A stretch of 64,000 bases of DNA from Dehalococcoidia bacterium (lineage in GTDB: Bacteria; Chloroflexota; Dehalococcoidia; Lucifugimonadales; UBA3495). Every line of letters begins with the position of its first letter. The first letter of the stretch is position 1. The DNA lies in the NCBI GenBank assembly GCA_965199995.1, contig OZ241328.1, forward strand, positions 2,729,504 to 2,793,503. The letters run 5' to 3'. Positions 49,564-59,417 of this stretch are shown piece after piece. The translations under genes and the position numbers were made by a program. Below the pieces are notes generated by a model, which saw nothing but the letters and a program-made list of their open reading frames with translations, did no database searches and had not been told where the DNA came from.

Positions 49564-50415
49564 TCAGCGGGAAACCACGATGGGCTTGCCCGTTTCCGGG
49601 TGCTCCAGCACCAGCGTGTCCGCTCCGTATACCTGCCGTATCGCTGTTGGGTTCAGCGTTTCTTCCGGCGGGCCGCAGGCCACCACCCGGCCCTCACAGA
49701 CCAGCACTACGCTGTCGCAGAACTGACCGGCCAGCGTCAGGTCGTGCACTGCCGTTACCACCGTCTTGCCGGCTGCCGCCATTTCCCGCAGCAACCGCAT
49801 GATGACCGGCTGATAGGCCAGGTCCAAGTTCGCCGTTGGCTCATCCAGTAGGATCACCGGCGTCTGCTGCGCCAGGGCCATGGCGATGGCAACTCGTTGC
49901 CTCTCGCCGCCGGAAAGCTGATGCACCGGCCGCTCCGCCAGCTCCTGGGCATTGCTCAGGCGCAGGGATTCGAAAGCGATTTCCACGTCGGCGGCGGACT
50001 CCCAAGCCAACAGCCCCAGGTGGGGATTGCGGCCCATCAGCGTCACTTCCAGCGCCGTCGCGCCCCGGGGCAGTTCCGGGTTCTGCGGCACCATGGCCAC
50101 CAGCCGCGCCCGTTCCTTGCCGCTCATGGCATAAACATCGGCCCCCATTACCCGAACCTCGCCCCGGCTAGGACGCAAAGCTCCGGCCACCGCTCGCAGC
50201 AGCGTAGACTTGCCTACCCCATTGGGCCCGGCGAGCGCCATCACTGTGCCTTGCGCCGCCGCCAGATCCAGGCCGCTCAGCACCTGCCGCTCGCCATAGG
50301 CGGCGAACACGCCTCTCGCGGCGATGCCGGGAACGTCCGGACCAGCCTCTCGGTAGGTGTCATGCCCGTTGCGCGGCAACTCGGCGGTGGAATGCCCGTT
50401 TGTTCTCTTGAACAT
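49564..50415 (-). CDS. ABC transporter ATP-binding protein, FepC/BtuD-type
   Basis: The ATG at 50415 lies 5 nt after the permease stop. Motifs GPNGVGKSTLL, LSGGERQR and LLDEPT are present. The track's longer N-terminus overlaps the permease gene. Confidence 0.88.
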   Translation of the reverse strand: MFKRTNGHSTAELPRNGHDTYREAGPDVPGIAARGVFAAYGERQVLSGLDLAAAQGTVMALAGPNGVGKSTLLRAVAGALRPSRGEVRVMGADVYAMSGKERARLVAMVPQNPELPRGATALEVTLMGRNPHLGLLAWESAADVEIAFESLRLSNAQELAERPVHQLSGGERQRVAIAMALAQQTPVILLDEPTANLDLAYQPVIMRLLREMAAAGKTVVTAVHDLTLAGQFCDSVVLVCEGRVVACGPPEETLNPTAIRQVYGADTLVLEHPETGKPIVVSR

Positions 50416-50420
50416 TTCTG

Positions 50421-51473
50421 CTAAGTCCCCAAGCGCCTGCGCCGCAGTAGATACAGGAAGAAGGGGGCGCCGCAAAAGGCGGTTACCACTCCCACTGGCA
50501 GCTCCCCGGGCGAAACGACGGTTCGCGCCACCAAGTCGGCCAGCACCAAAAAGGTTGCCCCCACGATGGCCGACATCGGCAACAGGAAGCGGTAGTCCGG
50601 CCCCCAGACCAGCCGCACGGCATGGGGTGCCACCAATCCCACGAACCCGATAAGGCCAGAGAACGACACTGCTGCCGCTGTTATCAGAGTGGCCGCCGCG
50701 ATGAGCAGCAGCTTCACCTTCTCGACCGGCACCCCCAGCATCGCGGCGTGGTCTTCGCTCAGTTGCAGCACGTTCAGAACCCGCCCGAACCCCAGGAGTA
50801 CTAAGATGCCCGGCACGGCGTAGGCCAGAACGATGGCGCTCTCCTTCCATTCGGAGGATATGAAGCTGCCCATCAGCCAGCTCAGCACTGGGCGCAGTTC
50901 CGGGTCGCTGCGCATTATCAGCAGGCTGGACATTGCGCCGGCCAGCGAGGCAATGGCTACCCCCGCCAGTATCAGCGTAGTCGTCGGCGTGCCTTGGGAG
51001 TTGCGGGCGATGGAGTAGGCCATCACTACCGCGCCGGAGCCGCCAACAAACGCGGCCACCGGCAACAGGCTCACCCCCGCCAGATACATCGGCACTCCGG
51101 TCAGCAGCACCACTATGGCGCCCAGCCCGGCCCCCGACGCCACCCCTACCAGATAGGGATCGGCCAGCGGGTTCTTAAACAACCCCTGATACGCCGCTCC
51201 CGACATCGCCAGCGCCGCGCCCACTACGGCGGCTTGCGCCACTCTCGGCAGCCGCAACTGCCACATTATCGTGTCCCACGCCGCCGGAATGTCCGCCGAC
51301 AATTCCACGCCCGGCAGTCGCGCCGCTATTATCTCCACCACCGAACCGAAGGGCACATGAACCGACCCCAGGCTGGCGGCGAATATGGCGGCTAAGGCCA
51401 GCGCGGCCAGCCCCACGGCGATGCGCCACCACGGATAGCGCAGCCCCACTAGCCCGGCAGCGACCCTCAGCAT
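50421..51473 (-). CDS. FecCD/BtuC-family permease
   Basis: The ATG at 51473 gives MLRVAAG...LGSV.VPF. Typical motifs LPRV..A..VGA.LA.SG...Q...NPLA.P..LGV. The upstream part of the track ORF (MPRSDG x3) is a translated 18-bp tandem repeat. Confidence 0.88.
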   Translation of the reverse strand: MLRVAAGLVGLRYPWWRIAVGLAALALAAIFAASLGSVHVPFGSVVEIIAARLPGVELSADIPAAWDTIMWQLRLPRVAQAAVVGAALAMSGAAYQGLFKNPLADPYLVGVASGAGLGAIVVLLTGVPMYLAGVSLLPVAAFVGGSGAVVMAYSIARNSQGTPTTTLILAGVAIASLAGAMSSLLIMRSDPELRPVLSWLMGSFISSEWKESAIVLAYAVPGILVLLGFGRVLNVLQLSEDHAAMLGVPVEKVKLLLIAAATLITAAAVSFSGLIGFVGLVAPHAVRLVWGPDYRFLLPMSAIVGATFLVLADLVARTVVSPGELPVGVVTAFCGAPFFLYLLRRRRLGT

Positions 51474-51563
51474 CCCCTCTCCCAAAGGGCGCGGCCTTAG
51501 TCCCGCGCCGCTGCCCGCAACCGCCCCGCCGTCATCGCGTGCCTTACCGCCAGCGAGGGCTTC

Positions 51564-51665
51564 ACCATCAGAACGGGGCATACCATCAGAACGGGGCATA
51601 CCATCAGAACGGGGCATACCATCGGGGCATACCATCAGAACGGGGAATGGCATACCATCAGAACG
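51564..51665. repeat. 18-bp tandem repeat (accatcagaacggggcat), three perfect and about three degenerate copies
   Basis: Read directly from the sequence. It lies about 90-190 nt upstream of the permease start. Confidence 0.9.
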
Positions 51666-51862
51666 CCTTCCTCAAAGCGCGTTGCCTCATCAGCGCTAGT
51701 TACCCCGTCATCGCGCGTTACCCCGTCATTCGCGAACGGGGCATACCATCGGCCTGCGCTTCGACACCGGAATGGGCGCCTTCCTCAAAGCACGTTGCCT
51801 CATCAGCGCTAGTTACCCCGTCATCGCGCGTTACCCCGTCATTCCCACGAAAGCGGGAACCC
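51664..51862. repeat. About 68-bp direct duplication with a 113-bp period, the second copy ending in a palindromic-repeat element
   Basis: cgccttcctcaaagc(g/a)cgttgcctcatcagcgctagttaccccgtcatcgcgcgttaccccgtcattc occurs at 51664-51731 and 51777-51844. It is followed by gtcattcccacgaaagcgggaaccc (51838-51862). Confidence 0.85.
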
Positions 51863-52086
51863 ACGGCCCTCCAGCCTTTTAGGCGTATGCCAGCCATTTA
51901 TAGCGCCCCTAAACCTTCGCCCTGATATTGTGGTTGTGGTTCACCGGCGGCTAATCGCCCTTTCCCGAAGACTTGCCCTCCAGAAACCTGGGTCGGGAAC
52001 CCACGGGCCTCATATCCCGCCCTCAAGCGGCGAGATGCCGCTGAAAATCAGCCGGAACAGCGTTCTTCCTTGCCCCGGCGACGGGT

Positions 52087-53166
52087 CTATTCGCTGAACA
52101 GTTCCGGGTAAACCCAGGCAGCCATTTCCTCCACGGCGTCCATAAACTTCGGCCCGGCCACGCTGAAACTATTACCCGGGCTAAGGTTGAAAATGCGCTC
52201 CTCGGACACCGCTCTCAGGCCCGCCAGCGCCGCTTCGTCGGCCACGCTGTCCGGGTTGCCCATAATGATGCCGGGGTCGGCGGCAACTACCGCTTCCGGG
52301 CTGATTTGCTGGTAGCCATCGAAGTCGGCGACGTTTTGTAGCTTCAGCAGCTCAAACACGTCGTTGACCAGCGTATTCCTCCCTGGCGTCCACCACTGGA
52401 AGCCGTGGGAATATATCGTCTGTGTTTCCTCCACCAACTCCATCTTCTCCCGAATGGCGGCTACCCGGGCATCAAACTTGTCGGCGGCTTTATCAGCTTC
52501 CTCGGTCGCGCCCGTAATGGCGCCCCACATCCGCATCTGATTAGAAACGTCGGTGAAGCCGTGCGACAGGCTCTGGATGTACAGCACCTTCAGCCCGGCC
52601 CGTTCCAGGTCAGCGTTGAAGCGGTCGTAGAACACATACACCAAGTCCGGCTCTAGGGCGACGATGGCCTCGATGTCCATATTGAAGGCGTCGCCCACCT
52701 TGGCGATGCTCTCCGTCTCTGGCGGGTAAGTCACGTAGCTGTGCGTTCCGACGATGCGGTCTCCCTCGCCGATGGCGAACAGCATCTCCACCGCCGCGCC
52801 GTCATAGACCACCATCCGTTCCGGCGGGGCCTCAAACTCCACCACCTTACTACCGGTTCCGGTTACCACCACCTTCCGCGGCTGCGGCGTGGCCGTGGGC
52901 TGGGGCGTCGCGGTCACCACCACCGTCACCGGCGGTAACGGGGTAGGAGTCGGGCCGGGCGTCGCCGTAACTATCATCGGCTCGGGCGTCGGCCCTGGGG
53001 TGGCCGTAATAATTACCGGCTCGGGCGTCGGCCCCGGTGTGGCTGTAACGATTATCGTCTCTGGCGGCGGCGGCGCCGCTGTCGGGTCTGAGCTACAGGC
53101 CAGCAGAGCCGCGGCCATTGCGAAGAGAATGGCAACCATTGGTAGAAGGTATCGCGCTTTGGTCAC
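52087..53166 (-). CDS. Periplasmic-binding-protein (BtuF/FecB-type) lipoprotein of the ABC importer
   Basis: The GTG at 53166 lies 8 nt after AGGAG and gives MTKARYLLPMVAILFAMAAALLAC (lipobox). Three 13-aa PT-rich repeats follow (ITATPGPTPEP). The PBP type-2 body starts RMVVYDGAAVEMLFAIGEGDRIVG. Confidence 0.85.
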   Translation of the reverse strand: MTKARYLLPMVAILFAMAAALLACSSDPTAAPPPPETIIVTATPGPTPEPVIITATPGPTPEPMIVTATPGPTPTPLPPVTVVVTATPQPTATPQPRKVVVTGTGSKVVEFEAPPERMVVYDGAAVEMLFAIGEGDRIVGTHSYVTYPPETESIAKVGDAFNMDIEAIVALEPDLVYVFYDRFNADLERAGLKVLYIQSLSHGFTDVSNQMRMWGAITGATEEADKAADKFDARVAAIREKMELVEETQTIYSHGFQWWTPGRNTLVNDVFELLKLQNVADFDGYQQISPEAVVAADPGIIMGNPDSVADEAALAGLRAVSEERIFNLSPGNSFSVAGPKFMDAVEEMAAWVYPELFSE

Positions 53167-53284
53167 GAAATTTACTCCTGTGTTGAGATTAAAGTTTCTA
53201 ATTTCCCGATTCCGGTATTCCCCATTCTCAGAGGAACCCGGAGCCTTCCGGGCAACAAAAAAGCCCTGCCCAACTAAGGACAGA

Positions 53285-53475
53285 GCGCATTGCATTAGTC
53301 CGAACCATGCCGGCGCCTTTCCTCGAAGGCCGAAACATCGCCGGGAGCCGTAGACCGGACTCGCCTCGGTTGCATGACGCAACCGGGCCTACCGTTGCGG
53401 GACAGCGCTGGACTTTGACCAGCTTCCTCGTTTAACCCCTTTGAAGGGTACTCTCAGCGTCGGGTTATTCGGTTG
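53285..53475 (-). promoter_or_regulatory. Cobalamin (B12) riboswitch
   Basis: The minus strand reads GGTTAAACGAGGAAGCTGGTCAAAGTCCAGCGCTGTCCCGCAACGGTA. This matches the conserved AGGGAAGC.GGTGA.AATCC.GCGC.GTCCCGC.ACTGTA core. A B12-box-like GAGTCCGGTCTACGGC follows. It lies in the 5' leader of the BtuF-like gene. Boundaries are approximate. Confidence 0.75.
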
Positions 53476-54683
53476 TAAAGCGTGGGATTGCCGTTGTTCC
53501 TCCATAATGCACTATCTCCCGGCAATTGTCAAACCCATGGCTGGAAGGATGCCGCGTAGTTCGCGTGGTCATGCGGAACGAATCAGACTACACCTGTGAC
53601 GCCTGAGGAACCCGGTTCGAGACCATCGACAGTCTCCGGCTGCACCGGCTTTTAGACCCCTACACTATGGCTCCCCTGCCCCGTCCGCCGAGCCCAGCCC
53701 AGCGCCCGCTGAATCTGTTTCGCCGCATCCGGACGGCGCTGGCCCCGGGAGCCGCCCGCGATTGCCGTCAAGCCTACGCCATCCTGGAGAATTTGAGATC
53801 GATAGACGCCGCCCATGGCCCGGAGTTTGCGTCCCGGTTCCACGGAGAGCGCCTGGGGCTGATGCAAGCCTTGCTGGACCAGTCCGCCCGGCTGGAGCGA
53901 AGGAAGCAAGAAAGAAAGATACAGGTATTAGGAGGGGCGAAAGATGCTGACCGCAATAGAGAATGATCCTAGTAAGAGGATGATTCTAGTTAAGGAATGG
54001 CTCACAAAGAACCGCTGCCCCCAGCAACACCGGCCAGCCAACGTTGGAAGACACCGGATGCCGTTCCTCGCCATCCCTATGAACTGCCCGCTGCCCGCCT
54101 GCAAGGAGGACTGGCAAAGCTTTCGGCGAAAGAAACAGGAAAGACGGCTGCTTCAAGAAACTGGTAGGAGCACGAAAAGTAACCGAATTACTAGACGCGC
54201 CCGCAACCCATCCCCCGAACCGCCCCATGGATAATGTTCCGGCTGGGGACTGCCCTTAACGATGAATATAGCCTTCGACTAAATTTGGGGAAATCGAAGC
54301 TGCTTTGGAAATTACAGATTACATATAGCAATATAACAATATCGCTATATCTCTATACTGAATCTTGAACCGCTTCCCGCGCTGCCCTTAGGTCCTTGTT
54401 GCTTGCTGACGGCAAGCTTGTGTTTGGACATGCTCGCCCTGGCGTTCAGAATATCTTGAAACCTGGAACGCTCTACCAAGATGACCAGATTCGATGACCA
54501 GATTCGAATATCCACAGTCTTCCGTGCGCCTGAAATGAACTAGACCCTGTTACCTCAGCATGGTTACAACCTATCGGCAGCCCTGGTCCTTTTCGTTGGC
54601 AGGGCGCCGCCTGGCATCCGCCAACTGAGCCTAGGAAAATCCCTCCGTGATAAAATACAAAAGGCGGAACCCTGCCAGGCTGT

Positions 54684-55994
54684 ATGTTTACCGAGGACTG
54701 GGCGACAATGACCGATGACTTAGAGATCCGAACCATAGCCGACCTGGAGCGGATACTGGACGAAAACCCGGCCATCAGGGAGAGCATCCGCCGCAAACTG
54801 CTTACCGACGAAGAGCGGGCCTTGCCCCGGGTAGTCGCGGAACTAGCGGAACAGGTACGGGTGCTTACACACCAGGTTCAGGCATTGGCGGAACAGGTCC
54901 AGTTACTAACAGAACGGGTCCAAGCCCTAGAGGAACGGGTAGAAGCAGGCTTTGCCGAAGCCGCATCTGACCGGGCCGCCATTCGCCAAGAGATGGCTGA
55001 GGGCTTCGCCGAAGCCACATCTGATCGGGCTGCCATTCGCCAAGAGATGGCCGAGGGCTTTGCCGAAGCCGCATCTGACCGGGCCGCCATTCGCCAAGAG
55101 ATGGCCGAGGGCTTTGCCGAAGCCGCATCTGACCGGGCTGCCATTCGCCAAGAGATGGCCGAGGGCTTCGCCGAAGCCGCATCTGACCGGGCCGCCATTC
55201 GCCAAGAGATGGCCGAGGGCTTCGCCGAAGCCACATCTGACCGGGCCGCCATTCGCCAAGAGATGGCCGAGGGCTTCGCCGAAGCCGCATCTGACCGGGC
55301 CGCCATTCGCCAAGAGATGGCCGAGGGCTTCGCCGAAGCCGCATCTGACCGGGCCGCCATTCGCCAAGAGATGGCCGAGGGCTTCGCCGAAGCCGCATCT
55401 GACCGGGCTGCCATTCGCCAAGAGATGGCCGAGGGCTTCGCCGAAGCCGCATCTGACCGGGCTGCCATTCGCCAAGAGATGACTGAGGGCTTCGCCGAAG
55501 CCGCATCTGACCGGGCCGCCATTCGCCAAGACATCAAGCGGATTGAAGACAAGCAAGACAATATGTACGGCATACTGCTGGAGCAAACCGCCGCCCGCAG
55601 ACTGGTGCCGCGCGCGGCTCAGGAACTCCGCCTCCGGCGCCTTCGCCCCGTGAAGAGCCTGGACCTACCTTTCCCGGAGGAACTGGCCGACGCGCTGGAC
55701 GCTGCCGCAGACCAAGGCCTGATCACCGGCGAAGAGGCCGATGCCGTCGCCTTCGCGGACCTGATCCTGAACGGCCGGCCCCAATACGGCGGCGACAGCC
55801 GGGTCTATGTCCTGTTCGAGGTTTCAGGCACCCTCAACCATCCCGACATAACCAGGGCCAAGGCGCGGGCTCAGACTCTAGAGGCGGCCACCGGCCAAAG
55901 GACAATACCGGCAGTCGCCGCCGCCGTTATCCCCGAGCCGCAGACCGCCTTCGCCGCGTCAGAGAACGTGTCTCTCTTTCTACTTTCTCAATAA
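54684..55994 (+). CDS. Coiled-coil protein with eleven 18-aa repeats and a C-terminal PD-(D/E)xK-like domain
   Basis: 436 aa. The N-terminal heptad-like region is followed by (AEGFAEAASDRAAIRQEM) x11. The C-terminal ADLILNG-x10-YVLFEVSGTL..DITRAKARAQTL...PAV is homologous to the 37787..38440 protein. Confidence 0.65.
   Translation: MFTEDWATMTDDLEIRTIADLERILDENPAIRESIRRKLLTDEERALPRVVAELAEQVRVLTHQVQALAEQVQLLTERVQALEERVEAGFAEAASDRAAIRQEMAEGFAEATSDRAAIRQEMAEGFAEAASDRAAIRQEMAEGFAEAASDRAAIRQEMAEGFAEAASDRAAIRQEMAEGFAEATSDRAAIRQEMAEGFAEAASDRAAIRQEMAEGFAEAASDRAAIRQEMAEGFAEAASDRAAIRQEMAEGFAEAASDRAAIRQEMTEGFAEAASDRAAIRQDIKRIEDKQDNMYGILLEQTAARRLVPRAAQELRLRRLRPVKSLDLPFPEELADALDAAADQGLITGEEADAVAFADLILNGRPQYGGDSRVYVLFEVSGTLNHPDITRAKARAQTLEAATGQRTIPAVAAAVIPEPQTAFAASENVSLFLLSQ
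54943..55536 (+). repeat. 54-bp tandem repeat x11, in frame within the CDS
   Basis: Unit gaagccgcatctgaccgggccgccattcgccaagagatggc(c/t)gagggctt(c/t)gcc. Copies differ only by a few SNPs (A/T at residue 8; c/t wobble). Confidence 0.95.
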
Positions 55995-56424
55995 AACCAA
56001 GAGCGAACAAGACTTGGGAGTAAAGACCCAGCAAAACCGGTGTAGCGGCAATTGGAATAGTCCAGAATTCTGTGAAACTCCATATTGATTGCCATATTGT
56101 TATATAACTGCCGCCGCGCCGCAAAGGCAACGATGAAATGCCTTCCAGCCAACACGCCGGCGCTGACCGGCGGATCGCAAAACCTTGAAGAAGCGAGTCT
56201 TCGACTGGATCGTGCGGAACCGCAAAGCCACCCGAATCCTGGTGCTGGGAATCCCGTCCGTCTTGATAGAAGTTATTGACGAGAACCTCAAAATGGTCAA
56301 ATCACTCAAAGGCATAACCTGAACTGACCGGGCGAAGTTCCGATTCCCTAGCAATCGGAAGCATCAAAACCCATGACAACCCTTCGCGCGCCAATCCTGG
56401 CGACGTTCTCCGGCAGACTACGCC

Positions 56425-57738
56425 GTGCTGGACGACTTGCAGGGCCGCATCATGGACATCGGCCCGCAGGACGACGACAAGTTGGCTAGGCTGCGCACTT
56501 TCCTCAAAGGGACCTCCGGCGAAAAGGTGCTGATATTCAGCGAGGCTGAGACCACAGTTGACTACCTGTACGAACAACTGAACCCCAGCCAGCGGAACCA
56601 TACCATAGCCAAACTCAGCGGCAGCAACCGGGACCAGCGGGCCGCCATCGTCAGCCGTTTCGCGCCGCAGGCAAACTTGCAGGACAGGAATCAGATGCAA
56701 GGCGAGGAAATCCGGGTGCTGATTGCAACTGACGTGGTATCGGAAGGTCAGAACATGCAGGATTGCGCCCGAGTGCTAAATTACGACCTCCATTGGAACC
56801 CGGCCCGGCTTATCCAGCGCTTCGGGCGCGTGGACCGCATTGGCTCCCTGTACGAGGAAATCCACCTGCACAACATGATTCCCGACGCGAAACTGGACGT
56901 AGAGCTGGGACTCACTGCTACCTTGAGGGGCCGCATCCAAGCGTTCCACGACCTAATAGGACTGGACAACAAGGTGTTGTCAGAGGAAGAACAGTTGAAC
57001 GCCCAAGGCGTGGGAGTTATATACGACGCTCGGGAGCTACCGGAACTGGACGACGCGCTCGATGAAGTAGCAACGAACCAGCGGGCCATAGCCCTACTGC
57101 AAAACATACGCAGCAACGATCCTGACCTCTGGCGGACAATCCCTGAATTGCCGGACGGCATCCGGTCTGCGCTTACTTGTTCCAACAGCGGCACCGCTGA
57201 GGACGCCCCACGAGTCGGCGAAACCATGGTAATGCTGGCCGCTTCCGGCGCTGTGCGATGCTATGCAGTAGGAGACGCCCTGACGCCGCGGCCCATCCGT
57301 ACTGCCCAATTTATAACCGCTGCTGAGTGTGAATCTGACGCCCCAACGCAGCCTTTGCCGGAAAACACCAACGAGAGGGTCAATGCGGCTGCCGAGGTTT
57401 TCAGAAATGACCTCAGCCAACGTCTGGGGACAGTGCGCCGGCGCACTCCCGGCAACGCCCGGAACCGGAGCTTTATCCGACGGCAACTGAAAGGCGTCAG
57501 TGCCGGCATTGCTACGTCCCAACGGATTCACGCCCTGCAGCAAGCTTTTTCCGGCGACCTCCCCTCCGTCGTTGAAACCGAGTTGTCAGACTTACGCCGA
57601 ATAAACTTGGGCGGCCGCAAGCTGGTGCTTCGCTTAGAGCTGTTGCAAGAGCGATACCGCCTGAACTCCATCGAGCAAAATGTGCCTAGCACAATATTTG
57701 AACCAGCCCGGATCCTTTGCTCCGATGGATTGTTGTGA
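56425..57738 (+). pseudogene. SNF2/DEAD-like helicase, C-terminal half only (N-terminal ATPase lobe missing)
   Basis: KVLIFSEAETTVDYLY. Helicase-C motifs RVLIATDVVSEGQNMQD and LHWNPARLIQRFGRVDRIG are present. No DExx lobe is found upstream in any frame, only short fragments. Confidence 0.6.
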
Positions 57739-58381
57739 AGGCGGCAGCATCACCCTTTCTGCCGCAATGCGGACCGCCTAGCAATAAATCTCGCTGGCAA
57801 GAAACCCTATAGCGGATAGCGAATTCCCGCCGCACTATCCCAGCCTCAGCGGAAGCAAAAATCGGGTATCGGAATTTTCTCTTCTTAGCAGTGAATTGAC
57901 ATCATTTCTGTCTTTATCCTATTTTAGGCAAATCCCCCGGGAAAGGACAAAACTATGGAAATCAAGAAAAAGGGACTTATTGGGGACTAGGACCTCGACT
58001 CTCAACGTCGGCTGAAGGTAATCGCAGTTCTCAAAGGGGTGAGTATGCGCCGGTACCGCCAAACCACCATCGGTTGAGAGCTGACCAAAGACGAAGCCGA
58101 AGGCTTTTCAGTAAGCCCCTTTGACCGGCAATCCTTCAAGCGGGCCGTGGAGCGTCGAGAGGAGCTCTTCGGCGATCAGCCATTGCCTGGAGACTCCGCC
58201 GACTTGGTCCGGATGCCCATGATATCCGGAAGGCTGAAATTGAGAAGGGTCTTGAGCTAATTCGCCGCAGGGGATTCCAGCTTGGCCTTCCAGTGGCTGG
58301 GGAAAGAGGAGAACTCCAAAGGACCCCGCCACGACCACCGGCCAATTCCAGCCGCCGTCGCCACTGGACCGCCCTCCCTTA

Positions 58382-59326
58382 ATGGTTGAACCAAACTCAG
58401 TAACAAAGCAAAGCCGAACTACGGCCCAGCGCCCGGAGCTTATGGGCATAAGACCCCCAAATCCTGACCAGCACGCGATTGAGATCGCCGGCGCGATCCA
58501 GAAGGGCGTTGCCCCCAGCATAGTCATCCTTCACGGGTCCCGAGCCCGCGGCGACTACAGGCCCGATTCCGACCTGGACCTCCTCATTGTCTTGGCGCCG
58601 GACACAGACCAAAACGCCTCGGCTGGCCAAGCAGCGGCAACTTACATGCACAGCAATCCTCCGATCTTAGACCTCGACGCCGTATCAATCCCCCTCAAGG
58701 ACTTCCAGAGGCTCCGCCGCGCGAAACAACACATCGCCGGCCAAGCCGACCACTGGGGAATCTACATGAGCGGTTACATAATGGACTTCCCCTGCGACTG
58801 CCCCAGCGGATACCCGATGCACTGGCCGGCCACCCAACGGCGCTTGGAAAACGCAGCCGAATGGAGCAAGCAGTTCAACGACATGGTTGACGGGAACAGC
58901 TGGAACCAGAAGCTTCTGGGGTTCTCAGCTCAACAAGGGGTCGAGAACGCCCTGAGGGGAATCATCTCCGTTTACAACGACCCGGCTATCTTCCGACATG
59001 ACCTCAACCGCATCTGGAGCCACTACCTTGAAAACCACCATGACCAAGCTCACCCTCTATCCCAGGAACTACGCGAAGCTGTCGATGCCCTGCTGCAATA
59101 CACTGCGTACCCGGACCCGAACTCGCCCACCGGCTACGGCAACTGGCTCATCGATTACGCCACCGAATACCGCTACAATCGCGACCCTCGCCCCATGGGC
59201 CAGGACCAAAAAATAGAACTGAGAGTCTTGGTCAACGAAGCCATCGGCCGCTTGGCGGACATGACTCACCGGATCAGCGGAACATCGGAAGCTGACATAT
59301 TCCCTGACGGCAAGCCTTGGGAATGA
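58382..59326 (+). CDS. Fused minimal nucleotidyltransferase (MNT) and HEPN-domain protein
   Basis: 314 aa. MNT motif ILHGSRARGDYRPDSDLDLLIV. C-terminal HEPN-like helix pair ENALRGII......FRHDLNRIW. Confidence 0.72.
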   Translation: MVEPNSVTKQSRTTAQRPELMGIRPPNPDQHAIEIAGAIQKGVAPSIVILHGSRARGDYRPDSDLDLLIVLAPDTDQNASAGQAAATYMHSNPPILDLDAVSIPLKDFQRLRRAKQHIAGQADHWGIYMSGYIMDFPCDCPSGYPMHWPATQRRLENAAEWSKQFNDMVDGNSWNQKLLGFSAQQGVENALRGIISVYNDPAIFRHDLNRIWSHYLENHHDQAHPLSQELREAVDALLQYTAYPDPNSPTGYGNWLIDYATEYRYNRDPRPMGQDQKIELRVLVNEAIGRLADMTHRISGTSEADIFPDGKPWE

Positions 59327-59417
59327 TCCCTCGCCCCGGCCCGGCCTTCCTCTGCGTGAGCTTGCCCACTAAGGGCTACAGTTTGGCATCGCTCCGCATG
59401 GGAAAGGAAAATAAACC

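Noticed and set aside
51474-51653. An N-terminal extension of the FecCD permease ORF (…DGMPRSDGMPRSDGMPRSDG…).
   Set aside because: It is the translation of an 18-bp tandem DNA repeat. The conserved permease N-terminus begins at the ATG at 51473.
53614-53625. A tRNA-like T-loop string (GGTTCGAGACC) at the edge of the island, possibly a tRNA or att-site remnant.
   Set aside because: The flanking bases do not form T-arm or acceptor stems, and no cloverleaf can be drawn. No tRNA, rRNA, tmRNA or RNase P signature was found anywhere in the window.
53652-54234. ORFs 53667..53966(+), 53944..54234(+) and overlapping minus-strand ORFs at the island's left edge.
   Set aside because: There are no recognisable motifs, the candidates on both strands overlap one another, and the composition is basic and low-complexity. 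The evidence is insufficient to call any of them.
54943-55536. The regular 54-bp repeats could be mistaken for a CRISPR array.
   Set aside because: The repeats are directly abutting with no spacers. They are in frame and translate to a coherent 18-aa coiled-coil unit inside a long ORF. No cas genes are present.
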